Below, piece after piece: positions 8,996 through 19,484 of a stretch of 64,000 nucleotides of DNA (position 1 is the stretch's first letter; each line of letters opens with the position of its first letter). Below the pieces are notes generated by a model. The model had not been told where the DNA came from and ran no database searches. It was given only the letters and a program-made list of their open reading frames with translations. The position numbers were made by a program, and so were the translations under genes. The stretch is from positions 868,001 to 932,000 of the forward strand of contig CP060759.1 of the NCBI GenBank assembly GCA_023205875.1, read 5' to 3'. This stretch comes from Chloropicon primus. Lineage: Eukaryota.

Positions 8996-10126
8996 TCACT
9001 GGGTCCCAGACTGAATCGGATCCCCCCCTTCCCACTCTTGGCTCTTCCCCCCGGGAGTGAGGAGGTCGGCGCGGGGACCGAGGACAGAAACGTCCTGGTC
9101 CCACTCCACCAGGCTCCTCTCCTGCCACTGGCTCACTGCCTTCTGCAGATACATTTGGCTCTCGAGGTGAGTCCACCGGTTGACACGCATGAGCTGCTGC
9201 GTCACCAGCTTCAGTTCCCCGGAGAGGATGCACCTCCCAGCGTGCTTCACCTTGTGGCAGGCAGGGCAAAGAGCGACAAAGCCTTTGAGGGTCTGCCTGT
9301 GCCTCGAAAGCGACTCCACATCGTAGTGATACTCCTCCTGGCACTCCACGGGCCACTTGTCTCCCTGGTCACCGCAGACCTCGCACCTGTACCCGGCTTT
9401 CTCGTACACGTCCGTCCTGAGCTCGTCCCAAACCTCCACCGGGAGCTCGGCCTTCATGTTGGTTCTCCTGACGCTCTTGGGGACCAAGTCGATCGTGAGG
9501 GCGGGCAGACTCGGCTTCACCGTGACGCACAAATACCACAAGTTCTCACTCTCCATCTCCTCCAAGCCCGTATTATCTTCCGGGCCTTCCAGTCCACCCC
9601 CCTCCGACTCCAGCGCCACGGGCCCGACTGACTCCACAACTCCCAGAGCATACCTCTGCTGCCTCAGCAGATGGGTCATCGTCCTCGGCACGTACCCCAG
9701 CTTCTCTCCGGACAACGTGTAAACCGCCACCGCCAGAGGGTCGAACCTGTTCAAGGGCTCCTGCTCCAGCAGAACAGCATTGCCCACTCGCATCATCTTG
9801 ACCAAGTCTTGCCGCTGCTCGAAAGAAACCCCAGCAACGTTTATGGAAAGCGTTCTCGCGGCTTGTATCATCTCCCTCCTCGGCTTGTACGCCGTCAAGC
9901 GCGGCACGTTGAACGTGGTCCGCTCCAGCTCGTCGCCAGGCTTCCCCGCTGGAGATGGCCCTGCACTCAAGCTGCTCGACAACCGCGACGACGACGAGGA
10001 GGAGGAGGAGGAGGGAGAGAGGCACAAGCATGGCACGACCGTCTTCCTCCAGCCCAACCGAGTCCCCCACCTCCGTCCGGGGCCCCTCAGAGCTCCCATG
10101 GTGACCTTCCCCACGCAGCGCTGCAT
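8996..10126 (-). CDS. HIRAN domain + HNH-like Zn-finger protein with putative organellar transit peptide
   Basis: HIRAN signature VAGVSF..LEQEPLNRFDPLAVAV..KLGYVPR; C-terminal WDELR..YRCEVCG..ECQE..ALCPACHKVKH; Ser/Arg-rich N-terminus; start uncertain. Confidence 0.7.
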   Translation of the reverse strand: MQRCVGKVTMGALRGPGRRWGTRLGWRKTVVPCLCLSPSSSSSSSSSRLSSSLSAGPSPAGKPGDELERTTFNVPRLTAYKPRREMIQAARTLSINVAGVSFEQRQDLVKMMRVGNAVLLEQEPLNRFDPLAVAVYTLSGEKLGYVPRTMTHLLRQQRYALGVVESVGPVALESEGGGLEGPEDNTGLEEMESENLWYLCVTVKPSLPALTIDLVPKSVRRTNMKAELPVEVWDELRTDVYEKAGYRCEVCGDQGDKWPVECQEEYHYDVESLSRHRQTLKGFVALCPACHKVKHAGRCILSGELKLVTQQLMRVNRWTHLESQMYLQKAVSQWQERSLVEWDQDVSVLGPRADLLTPGGKSQEWEGGDPIQSGTQ

Positions 10127-10162
10127 CCTCCTGAACTGAATTATGAACCACCCCAGAGCTGT

Positions 10163-10166
<4 letters not shown>

Positions 10167-10198
<32 letters not shown>
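10167..10198. repeat. (GA)n microsatellite
   Basis: Pure AG repeat in the region between divergent genes. Confidence 0.95.
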
Positions 10199-10201
<3 letters not shown>

Positions 10202-10282
10202 AGGGAAGGCAGTGGGGAGGGAGTCCAAGTCTGGTGGATCGTGTCGTGATGCATCTCTCGGGTCCAGCCAAGTCCGTCCTCG

Positions 10283-11677
10283 GTGGAAAGTGATGGCGGA
10301 CTGTTGAGAGGAAGTTTTGGTGAAAGTCAGACGCGTCGTTTTTTGCAGAGGACGATGGGGGCGATGGGGATGGCCAGGGGGACCAAGCCGCCATCGTGCG
10401 GGTTGAAGGGGGTCCCATCAATGGTGGCAAGGGCCGTTGCAGTGGGACGGTGGGGGAGGAGCCATCGACGGTGGGAGAGGAGCGCGGTCGAACGGATTGG
10501 GGGGGGGGTTGTGCCAAGGCTGTGCGAGGCGAGGCGAAGGCGGGTTCACCGGCACAGCGGAGAGAGCCCGGGACCGGTGGGATCCCAGGGGGGTTCTTCA
10601 GCGGATGTGTTGGTCTCCAGGATGCTGTCGAGGTACGGCATCGCTGTGCTCTTGGGGCTGTGCTTGCTCGCCGGCGGGGGGCGGATGCAGCTTCCAGCAC
10701 TCGAGTGCTTCCTCGCTTCTTGGTCTCTCGTCGCGGTGGTTGGCGGGTGGGCTGTGCCCAAGATGGGCCGGCTAAAGCAGACCTTCCAAGAAGACGGGCC
10801 GGAGCACGCGAGGAAGGAGGGAACTCCCACCGCCGGAGGAGCGTTCTTCGTCCCCATTGGGGTTTTGGTTGGCTTGTGCTTTGCGTGGCCTCTGGTGGCC
10901 CGAGTCCAAGCGCAGAGGACGGTGGCGCTGGCCGTGGCCTGCTGCACATTTTCCTGCGGCCTTGTTGGGCTCGCGGATGATTTGCTGATCATTGCAAAGA
11001 GAACAAACAAAGGCGTCTCGCCGAGACTCAAACTGTCTCTCCAACTGGTTGCGAGCTTCGCCTTCTGTGCCGTGGCTTTACTATCGAATTACAGGCAGAT
11101 TAGTCTTGCTCTCCCTTTACTTGCTGGCCAAGCGATGGGAGTTTTGTACAGCGCGTCTAGTGTTGTTGTCATCGCGGGGGAGAGCAACGCCGTGAACCTC
11201 ACGGACGGCATCGATGGCTTGGCGTCGGGGCTGTTTGCCATCGCCGCCGTTGGTTTGGGAGCCACGCTCGCCTCCCCCCGATATTCTAGCCCAGGCCTGG
11301 CCCTCATGTGCTGGAGCATGGCAGGAGCAGCTTGCGGCTTCCTCGCGCACAATGGAAACCCCGCCAAGATCTTCATGGGTGACACCGGCTCGCTCGCCTT
11401 GGGAGCGTTTCTGGCCTCCACCGCGGTAGGCACAGGCTGCGTCGTCCCCTTCCTGTTGTTGACAATGGTGTTCAACCTGGAAATGCTCTCTGTCATGCTG
11501 CAAGTCGGCTACTACAAGTGGACAAGAGCTAGGTGTGGTGAGGGCAGGAGAATATTCAAAATGGCTCCGTTCCACCACCACCTGGAGCAGTGCAACTGGA
11601 GCGAGGGCGGTATCGTTCTCGCATTTTACGCCTCAGGGATCTGTCTACTCGCTGGAAATTTTTTTCTGCCTCTCTAG
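10283..11677 (+). CDS. mraY: Phospho-N-acetylmuramoyl-pentapeptide transferase (plastid MraY homologue)
   Basis: EDGPEHARKEGTPTAGG, GLADD, NAVNLTDGIDGLA, KIFMGDTGSLALG, FKMAPFHHHLE motifs; true start probably a downstream ATG (e.g. 10354). Confidence 0.9.
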   Translation: MESDGGLLRGSFGESQTRRFLQRTMGAMGMARGTKPPSCGLKGVPSMVARAVAVGRWGRSHRRWERSAVERIGGGVVPRLCEARRRRVHRHSGESPGPVGSQGGSSADVLVSRMLSRYGIAVLLGLCLLAGGGRMQLPALECFLASWSLVAVVGGWAVPKMGRLKQTFQEDGPEHARKEGTPTAGGAFFVPIGVLVGLCFAWPLVARVQAQRTVALAVACCTFSCGLVGLADDLLIIAKRTNKGVSPRLKLSLQLVASFAFCAVALLSNYRQISLALPLLAGQAMGVLYSASSVVVIAGESNAVNLTDGIDGLASGLFAIAAVGLGATLASPRYSSPGLALMCWSMAGAACGFLAHNGNPAKIFMGDTGSLALGAFLASTAVGTGCVVPFLLLTMVFNLEMLSVMLQVGYYKWTRARCGEGRRIFKMAPFHHHLEQCNWSEGGIVLAFYASGICLLAGNFFLPL

Positions 11678-11889
11678 TACCCTCTCCTTGGACTCCTCGA
11701 GCCACTTGACGTCGCTGACGTGCCTGAAGTCCGTCATCCTCCTGTGGTTCAAAAGAAAGGGCGACGCATCCATCGTTAGTTTTGGGGATCCTTAAACAAC
11801 AACTGTAAAACAACAATACTTCGTGTACCAACCAAGCCAGACACGCCGGACGCTGGCGAGCGACGCTCGTCGGCGAAGCTTCGCTCGAC

Positions 11890-12696
11890 TTACCTTCTCC
11901 CCTCCTCCTTCTTCCTTCTCTCTCGCAACCAGTCCTTGATTTTCCGGTCTTGGGCCCACTCGTGGAGCTCGTTGGAGACCGAAGCCTTGGCAGCAGTCCT
12001 CTCGTAGGAGATTGGGCGTCCAATTTTCGTTTTCCGCTTCGGCTCCGTCAAGGCGGAGTGGTTCACGACCTTGTCCAAGTGGTTCAAGTTCGAGCTCTTC
12101 TGCTTCTGTCGCCGTTCCTCCTTTCCTTCCGACCCTCTGGGACTTAAGGAGTCCTTGTGCTGAAGCGCTCGGCTCGTGGAAACCTTTGGACTGATGTGCA
12201 TGTAGCTAGTCCTGTTCGGAGTTATCCTCTTCACGGCCTTCTTCAACAGGGTCGCTTCCTCCGGGTACGCTTTCGGGTACTTGCGGCACAGGTACGACGT
12301 TGCCGTGCACAGCAGTGTCACCGCATCGTCTGCACACAGGGCAAGAAGTTTCTCTATTCCATCTTGAGCATCAATGCTGTTGGAAAGGTCCGTCCAGTGT
12401 GGGGCCTTGTTCTCGTTTTCTGCCTCGGCAGTCGCGGAGTAAAGGTCTTCCATCTCGTCCCCGCCCTCTCTTTCACTCCAAAGACCCTTCACTCTGTCCA
12501 AGTCCGGTACCCAATCCGCCTTTGCTCTCTCGCTCTCTCTCTTGGACACCTTTGACCAGAAGAAAAGTTGGGAAATATCATCTGGGTGGATGATGAACAC
12601 CTTTGCTTTGGCCTCAGCAATGATGATTGCGGTGTTGTCGCCGAAGGAGCCTCTGCTCGCGATGTTTGCCCTCCGCTTCCGATGGTATAGATTCAA
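11890..12696 (-). CDS. Hypothetical protein
   Basis: ORF with coding-like composition filling the space between mraY and bioF; true start likely MEDLYS (~12453); no recognised domain. Confidence 0.45.
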   Translation of the reverse strand: MNLYHRKRRANIASRGSFGDNTAIIIAEAKAKVFIIHPDDISQLFFWSKVSKRESERAKADWVPDLDRVKGLWSEREGGDEMEDLYSATAEAENENKAPHWTDLSNSIDAQDGIEKLLALCADDAVTLLCTATSYLCRKYPKAYPEEATLLKKAVKRITPNRTSYMHISPKVSTSRALQHKDSLSPRGSEGKEERRQKQKSSNLNHLDKVVNHSALTEPKRKTKIGRPISYERTAAKASVSNELHEWAQDRKIKDWLRERRKKEEGRR

Positions 12697-12763
12697 GAGT
12701 CTCCCTCCACGCGCCGCGCTGAATGCGGTATCAGAAAAGACACCCGTTCGGGTCGCTCGGGCG

Positions 12764-14014
12764 CTAAAGTTTGCTGCGAAGACGGTGGTGGCGCTCGAAT
12801 TCGGCCACCGCGTCTGCCAGGCTCAGAAGCTCTTGCTCGGAATGCATTGCACACACCGCGATCCTCAGCCGCGAGGTGGGGACTGTCGGCGGGCGGATTG
12901 CGGGAACGAATATTTTGTGATTCTTTCGCAAATAAAGACTGGCTTCCATCGCGTATCTCTCGGACGGCATGTCAACAGGAACGATGGGGCTCACGAGCTC
13001 GCCATCCATCGCACCGCTCCCGCACAGAAAGCCCCGCTTCGCCAAAGCACGCACCAGCAGAGTCACATTTTTCCTCAGCCGTTGCCTCAGCTTGCGACCC
13101 TCCTTTGACATCCCAAAGCAAATGTTATCGCACGCCTGCTCCACCAAGGCCACGGGCAGAGACGTGGAGTAGATGACTGGCCGCCCCTTGTTCAGCACGA
13201 TGGACCTCAGCAGGGGCGTGTGCGCAACCACGAACCCCCCCAAAGACCCTACAGCCTTGCTGAGCGTGCCCACACTTAAATCAACCTCGCTGGACAAGCC
13301 CAGTGCTTGGGCAAGTCCGCCTCCCTTGTCGCCGAGCACAAGCGTTGCGTGGGCTTCATCCAGCACGAGCAGGAACTTGTGCTCCCTCTTCAATCTCACG
13401 ATGCCTCGCAAATCACAGACGTCCCCGTCCATCGAGAACACGGACTCAGTGAACACGATCTTCAGACCGGACTCATTCTCCTCCTCGAGCTTGGCCCTCA
13501 GGTCCCTGGCGTCGTTGTGCTTGTAGATGTGCAAGACGGACCTCCCCGTCCCTCGCCTCGTCGTCGCTCGGGCGTACCTGATGCCATCGATGATGCTGGC
13601 GTGGTTCAAAGAATCGCTGTAGACATGAATGGTTTGGGACGGATCCTGCCCCTCGTGCACAGTGCAGAGAGCCATTCCCACGGACAGGTTGGCCGCGTAC
13701 CCGCTCGGGAAAAGCAGGGCGCGGGACCCACGGCGCCGGGACAGGCCCTTGAGCTCCAGGATCTTGTCCTCGAGATTCTCGTGGGCTTTACTGTACCCGG
13801 AGACCAGCACCGATCCGCGGTACTCCCTCCCCCCCTCTCCGTTAGCCGCGGCCCTGTCTGGCAATCGCCTTTGCGCAATTCCAAGGTAGTCGTTCGTCCC
13901 AAAGTGCGTCACGATGCCGTTGTCACTCCTTGTGGTCTCCCTCAGCAAGCTCTGTTCCTCCAACCGACCCAACGCCCCCCTCACGTGGCACAGCCACGCC
14001 TCCGACAACGGCAT
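12764..14014 (-). CDS. bioF: 8-amino-7-oxononanoate synthase (biotin synthesis)
   Basis: FGTNDYLG, FPSGYAAN, DSLNHASIIDG, ESVFSMDGD, LDEAHA, GTLSKAVG (PLP Lys), AIRPPTVP; C-terminal SKL peroxisomal signal. Confidence 0.92.
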   Translation of the reverse strand: MPLSEAWLCHVRGALGRLEEQSLLRETTRSDNGIVTHFGTNDYLGIAQRRLPDRAAANGEGGREYRGSVLVSGYSKAHENLEDKILELKGLSRRRGSRALLFPSGYAANLSVGMALCTVHEGQDPSQTIHVYSDSLNHASIIDGIRYARATTRRGTGRSVLHIYKHNDARDLRAKLEEENESGLKIVFTESVFSMDGDVCDLRGIVRLKREHKFLLVLDEAHATLVLGDKGGGLAQALGLSSEVDLSVGTLSKAVGSLGGFVVAHTPLLRSIVLNKGRPVIYSTSLPVALVEQACDNICFGMSKEGRKLRQRLRKNVTLLVRALAKRGFLCGSGAMDGELVSPIVPVDMPSERYAMEASLYLRKNHKIFVPAIRPPTVPTSRLRIAVCAMHSEQELLSLADAVAEFERHHRLRSKL

Positions 14015-14685
14015 GATAAGCAGTCTCCCCCCACCCACGAAGCCAAACGTGGCAGAGGTGGGACGATCGATCGACCACCTATCGCACCTCACTCTCTTGC
14101 CCCACTCCCGTCACACCACCACCATTCCCCCCATATCGACAACGGCAGGCATATAAGACCCCCCGCCCGCCCCTCTCCGAGAGAGAGAGGAGAGGAGAGG
14201 AACACACAAACGAAAGGGCGAGCAAGAGCACGCGAAGAACAGGCGCACGAGAGAACCGTGCGTTTCAACTGCAAGACGAAACACCGTGAGACCCGTAATG
14301 TCCCCTACAGCAGGCAGTGAAGCGGCCTCCCTCCCTCCTGATGCTCCTCCTCCCCTAGCGACTGCCGTTACTCTCGCGCTCTCGCCTCCTCCCGCCTCGA
14401 ATTAAATTCTGGAAACCTAAGAGCTGAAGATTCTGGCCTACCCATACGATCGGGCGGTAAGAGGGAGAAGTTGATCCGGGGCGGCCGAGGGCGAGGCTTT
14501 GTGGTCGGAACAAGGTCCCAGGAGGTGTCTTGGCATCGTCGCTGGTCTCAAAGATTGTTTTCGGTCCAGGCGAGGTGCGAGAAGGAAAGAAAGGGAGAGG
14601 AAAGATGGAAAGGACTTGGGCTTGACCTCTCTCTCGTACACACAAGGTCGGTCGGTCAGCATAGAGTCGAAGGAATACGAGGAGG

Positions 14686-17600
14686 ATGCAGGGGTACCGC
14701 CGGCCGAGTAGCACGCCTCTTTCCACGAGGCGGGCGAACAATTCAAATATGATGTTTGGGGATGAAGCACCGGAAACGAAAGCGAGCCCTCAGCGTGGGA
14801 AGTCTGGTCTCTCGGAGATGGACAAGTCCTTCGGCCCTTTGATAATCAAGTCGTTCACTCCGCCCGTGAGCACAAGCCCTCGATCTTATGGAAGGAGGAA
14901 GCAGGCGAGCAGCTCCCTGGGGATGGGCCCGGACTTTGGGATGTCGCGGAGCCCGCCGAACGCCCAGCAGCTGCAGAGGCCGTCGACGACGGGGTCGTAC
15001 ACCACCACGAGCAGCAGGCTGAGGCAGAAGAACGCGATGCTTGCTTATCAGCAGCAGGTCGGCACGCTTCCGAGGGAGACGGGTGAGTACGGGACGCTGA
15101 GCGAGGAGAGGTCCATCGACATGCTGCCGAGCGAGGAATCGCTTTTGGAAAGAGGGGAAGACGTCACCTTCATCGACAACGCGGACGTCCGGCAGGTGGA
15201 GCACATGGTGGACGCCTGGCTCGAGCAGTTCATCGAGGACATCGGCCCTCAATTCCCCGGAGTGGCGAGGAAGAGGGAGTTCGGCATGAGGCTCTTGAAC
15301 GTCTTTCTCGAGAGGAACCTCGTGAAGGAGGCGAGCAACCAGCCCAACAGGCTCGTTACAATGCAGGACAAGTGCACGGGGACCGAGGGGTTGGAGGCCG
15401 CAGCGGAGCGACCGAAGGAGGCCATCGCCGCGTTTGGGGAGGACCCAGGAACGAGCGACTTTGGCACCCAGACGATCGTCCACAGAAACTTGAGCGAGGC
15501 GAAGATTCTTGAGCAAGGAGACGAAATCAAGGAGCTGAAGTCGAGGCTGCAAAAGGCGAGCGAAGCCGTGAAGAAGCAGACTGGACACATCACCTTGAAG
15601 GAGCTCGAGAAGGTCAAGCTCGAGAAGGAGGTCAAGGATCTCAAAGAAAGGATTGATGGCTGCTGGTGCTGCTCGAATCCCGCGCTTCAGACGCCGCAGA
15701 ACAGGAAGAATCCTCCCGCGAACGGTCCGGCCACGAACCAGAGACCGAACACTTCCATGGGCTTTATCAGGACCATGACGCCGGCACCCTCGGGCGGGGT
15801 GGCGCTTCAACAGCAGAGCCAGCCGGCCAAAAAGAGCGTCCCGGTCAAGCGCCTGGAGAGCAGATTCGAGCAGAGTGGCGACCTCAAGGGCACACCAAGG
15901 GAGACGCCCAGAAAGGATGGCGCCGGGGATGACGCTGGGCGGCAAACCCAAATTGAGAGGACGAGGAGGGAGATCAAGGACAGGCAGTTCCAGGGAGCAG
16001 GATCCCCGATTTTCGATATTCAGTTGAGAGCGGGCCAATCATTGAACAAAAAATTGAGGACGGAGCTCGTCACGCTGAGGGCCAAGGTCCAAGAGATGGC
16101 CGTCCACGTGGAAGACGAGAACTCGAAATCAGTGGCCTCGCTCTCGGAGACCAAGGAGAAATTGCAGTGCAGACTGGAGAAGCTGGAGGTTGGCCTGGAC
16201 AACAAGCACGAGATCAACGACCGGGTGGCCAAAGAAGTGCAGAAGAGGCTCGCTGCTATCGAGGAGGCCGCGACGGTGCTGATGAAACACCAGGAGGAAG
16301 AATTGATCCGGTTGAAGAACCGGGCTCACTCCGAGACGAGGGAAAAGAGGAAGCAGCTCACGAGCGCGAGGAAAGAGTGCGAGAAGAAGGAGGAGATGAT
16401 CATCCAGTCGCAGGACGACAGGATCAAGAAGCTGCGGTACCAGATCCAAAGCAAGGAGCATAACATGATGCAAAAGCAAGTTATGATGGAGCAGGAAAAT
16501 AGAGCTGTGCTGCAGGAACTGGACGAGAAGTGCTCCCAGACGGAGAAGCTGAACAAGGAGAACCACCAACTGAAGCAAAGCATCACGAAGCTGGAGGAGA
16601 GGGTCAAGCAGGAGCAGCACAAGCACAACATCCAGCAAATCGAGCTCGACGACGTGAAGGCAAAGGCAAAGAAGGAGACGAGCACCAGCCACGGCCTGAA
16701 AGACCAGTACGAGTCCTTGAAGGCGGACCTCAAGGAAGCGAGGCTGACGGCAGAGGATTACATCAACAAGTTCAACCTCGCCACGTACCAGATTGAGCAG
16801 CTCGAGAAGAGCAAGTGGTTCATGGACAAGCACATGAAGAGACTGAAGAGGGACATCGACGAGCTCGAGGAGCAGCACAAGTCCACCACGGACGAACTCA
16901 TACAGACGAGATCGCAGTGCTCTTACTTGCTAAGGGATAATTCGCACATGAAGGTGGCGGTGAACGAGGCGACGAAGTCTATCACCGCGTGCACCCAGGC
17001 GTTCGCGCTCATGAACCAGAAAGTCGCTGTCTGCGAAACTTCTGTGGACGATTCCAGTGCCACCCTCGGTGACCTTGGCAGCGTTTTGGACAAGGATCAG
17101 ATCCGCCTCGGCAAAGAATACAAGGCGTTGTGCGAGTCCCTTGGAAAGGAACTCCGAGAGACCAAGAAGGAATTGCTGGGCACCCAATCCTCAAAGAGGA
17201 AGACGAATGAGGCCATAAAGGAGGTCTCTTTGAGTCACGCGAAGAGCCAGTGGCAGGAGGATCACATGAATTACGAGGACTTTGGGGAGGAGTTCAAGCA
17301 GGAAAGGGCGCAGCAGCTCGTGGCCCGAGCGGATGAGATGAAGACGAAGACCTTGGTGGAAGCATCGAACATGGACGCGGATGCCAACTTGGCAGAAATT
17401 CTTGACGTTGTCAGGGATTCCAACGATCTGCGCTTGAATTTGGGCGAAGAGTGCATGAAGGTCTCTACCACAAATCACGTGGGGACTGCCGTGCTGGACA
17501 CCCTGGGCGACTTTTATGGCAAGCTGTTCAAGGGTGTGGACAACCTCCTGTTCAGGACCGAGAAGAAGCTCAAGTCCTTCGAGAGGAAAGAAGTGAATCT

Positions 17601-18198
17601 TCGCAAGCGGGTTGTGAATTATGCGGAGAAGATGAAATCTCTAAGAGTTCGTCACAACCAGGAGCTCCACGAGAGGAACAAGAAGATCAAGGATATCGAC
17701 AAGTCCCTCACGCACGAGAAGATGAAGGTTCAGGACCAGGACCACACGATTTGTGACCTGAAGGAAGACGTGAAGGCCAAGGGCAAGCAGGTGGACAGCC
17801 TGAAAATCAGTTACGACGCCGCTAAGCATTCCAAGGAAAGCCTGTTGAAGGAGCTGACTCTGAGCAAAATCAAGGTCAAGCGCCTGGAAAGCCAAATCGA
17901 GGAGAAGGACACCCTGGTGCACGAGGTGCAGATGACATCTGCCGAGTACCAAGTTCAAGTGAATGTCAACAACAAGAAGTTTGACCAGAGGCTCGAGCAC
18001 TTCAAGGGCTGGCTCGGCTTGGCGAGCGAGAAGTTGAGTCAGAGCATGGTGAGCATCAAGGAGGACTTCAATTGCTTGCAGGACGACGTCCTGCACGACC
18101 TCATGAAGACCAAGGCGTATATTGATTACGAGTTGACCAACGACAACAGCTTCCTGGCGAAAATGAAACTGAAGGACTGGGAGCGCGGCAAGAAGTGA
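14686..18198 (+). CDS. Large coiled-coil protein of unknown function
   Basis: 1170-aa intronless ORF; disordered N-terminus, long E/K/Q heptad-rich region. Confidence 0.8.
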   Translation: MQGYRRPSSTPLSTRRANNSNMMFGDEAPETKASPQRGKSGLSEMDKSFGPLIIKSFTPPVSTSPRSYGRRKQASSSLGMGPDFGMSRSPPNAQQLQRPSTTGSYTTTSSRLRQKNAMLAYQQQVGTLPRETGEYGTLSEERSIDMLPSEESLLERGEDVTFIDNADVRQVEHMVDAWLEQFIEDIGPQFPGVARKREFGMRLLNVFLERNLVKEASNQPNRLVTMQDKCTGTEGLEAAAERPKEAIAAFGEDPGTSDFGTQTIVHRNLSEAKILEQGDEIKELKSRLQKASEAVKKQTGHITLKELEKVKLEKEVKDLKERIDGCWCCSNPALQTPQNRKNPPANGPATNQRPNTSMGFIRTMTPAPSGGVALQQQSQPAKKSVPVKRLESRFEQSGDLKGTPRETPRKDGAGDDAGRQTQIERTRREIKDRQFQGAGSPIFDIQLRAGQSLNKKLRTELVTLRAKVQEMAVHVEDENSKSVASLSETKEKLQCRLEKLEVGLDNKHEINDRVAKEVQKRLAAIEEAATVLMKHQEEELIRLKNRAHSETREKRKQLTSARKECEKKEEMIIQSQDDRIKKLRYQIQSKEHNMMQKQVMMEQENRAVLQELDEKCSQTEKLNKENHQLKQSITKLEERVKQEQHKHNIQQIELDDVKAKAKKETSTSHGLKDQYESLKADLKEARLTAEDYINKFNLATYQIEQLEKSKWFMDKHMKRLKRDIDELEEQHKSTTDELIQTRSQCSYLLRDNSHMKVAVNEATKSITACTQAFALMNQKVAVCETSVDDSSATLGDLGSVLDKDQIRLGKEYKALCESLGKELRETKKELLGTQSSKRKTNEAIKEVSLSHAKSQWQEDHMNYEDFGEEFKQERAQQLVARADEMKTKTLVEASNMDADANLAEILDVVRDSNDLRLNLGEECMKVSTTNHVGTAVLDTLGDFYGKLFKGVDNLLFRTEKKLKSFERKEVNLRKRVVNYAEKMKSLRVRHNQELHERNKKIKDIDKSLTHEKMKVQDQDHTICDLKEDVKAKGKQVDSLKISYDAAKHSKESLLKELTLSKIKVKRLESQIEEKDTLVHEVQMTSAEYQVQVNVNNKKFDQRLEHFKGWLGLASEKLSQSMVSIKEDFNCLQDDVLHDLMKTKAYIDYELTNDNSFLAKMKLKDWERGKK

Positions 18199-18557
18199 GC
18201 GACCATATTACATCAGATTTAGCAAATTTTTAGAATCCTTGTGTGATCGCTGGTGAGAGCGATCACACTCATGACGCACCCGCAGGGCTTCACCAGGGCT
18301 TCGCCCTAGCTTCGGCCTGCGCTGCGTCTACGTTGCTTCTCATCATTTGATTACACGATACCATCACGCAAAAGTTACCCCGGAGGGGTTACTCCCATCA
18401 GGTACCTTCGATTGTATTCTATGCGGCCCGGCACCAGCGAATCGAAACGCCTTGAATGGAGCGGCCATCTCGTGTATTGTATAATTATTAATGCTTTTTA
18501 TAAATACTTTATTTTTACATCTGCATACCACCTAGCACTGGTTAAGCAAAGTTCTTT

Positions 18558-19484
18558 TCACGCCCCGATGCTGCCTATGCTGTCCAGGAAGAAGTACGTC
18601 CCCCCCGCCACGAGCAGCGTCCCACTGACCGGGTTGATCCACTGGGAATAGGCTCTGATCGAAGGTATCTGCTTGAGATTTTCCGTGGCGCTCGCTGCCA
18701 CGAGTAGTGGGGTCACGTACCCCATCGCGTAGAACAAAAGCAGAACCCCCCCGCTGGTGGGACTGTCGACCGTCGACCCCGTGTATGCCAAGAGCGTTGC
18801 GAGGACTGGCGTGCTGCAGGGGGAAGAGACGAAGGCAAAGGCGAGGCCAGCGAGAAAGGAACGAAGGAGTGGGGGCACCTCCAAATTCCTTGGGTCAAAG
18901 TTTTGGAACGCCGAGGGAAACTGAAACTGGACGACCTCGAGCAGGTTCAGCCCCATCGAAACCGCCAGAAGGCTCGCGAGGCAGGGCAGCACCGGGCCCG
19001 TCTGCCCGTACGTCTTCCCCAAGGTCGTGGAGAACACTCCAAGAGCCGCGAAGCTCGACGCGATGCCGAGGGCGAAACCCGCAGCGTTCTTGCTGAGCGC
19101 CTCGCTCCCCTCCACCGCCGTTTTTGAGTAACCCCCGATGTATCCAATGGTTAGGGGCAGAATGCTCAGAACGCACGGGGATAAGCTCGTCAGGAGGCCT
19201 GCCACGGTCGTCAGCGGGTAAACGAACAGCGGGACGGACTTGGAAGCTAAGCTGCAAACGATGAGGTCGTTCAAGTCCTGCGACGCGGTGTAGAGCGCCT
19301 CGTCGAGTCCGGCCTCGCACGGCCCCGCCCGCTCCCGCTTCCGCCGAGGGCGTCCCCCCCTCCCTCCCGTCCTCCCCCCCCTCGGGCCCACAAAGAGCCA
19401 CCCGTGGCCCTCCCTTGCCCTTCGTTCCCCCCTCCCCCTCGCCCTTCCTCCCCTCGCCCTTCCTCCCCACGCCCCTGCTCTCAT
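18558..19484 (-). CDS. ccdA: Cytochrome c biogenesis protein CcdA (plastid)
   Basis: AGLLTSLSPCVLSILP and FVSSPCSTPVL cysteine motifs, 6 TM segments, transit-peptide-like N-terminus. Confidence 0.92.
   Translation of the reverse strand: MRAGAWGGRARGGRARGRGERRAREGHGWLFVGPRGGRTGGRGGRPRRKRERAGPCEAGLDEALYTASQDLNDLIVCSLASKSVPLFVYPLTTVAGLLTSLSPCVLSILPLTIGYIGGYSKTAVEGSEALSKNAAGFALGIASSFAALGVFSTTLGKTYGQTGPVLPCLASLLAVSMGLNLLEVVQFQFPSAFQNFDPRNLEVPPLLRSFLAGLAFAFVSSPCSTPVLATLLAYTGSTVDSPTSGGVLLLFYAMGYVTPLLVAASATENLKQIPSIRAYSQWINPVSGTLLVAGGTYFFLDSIGSIGA

Noticed and set aside
18370..18400. TAAACCC on the minus strand as a telomerase RNA template
   Set aside because: Not a 1.5-repeat template (GTAAACCCCT), and no clear USE/TATA type-3 promoter seen
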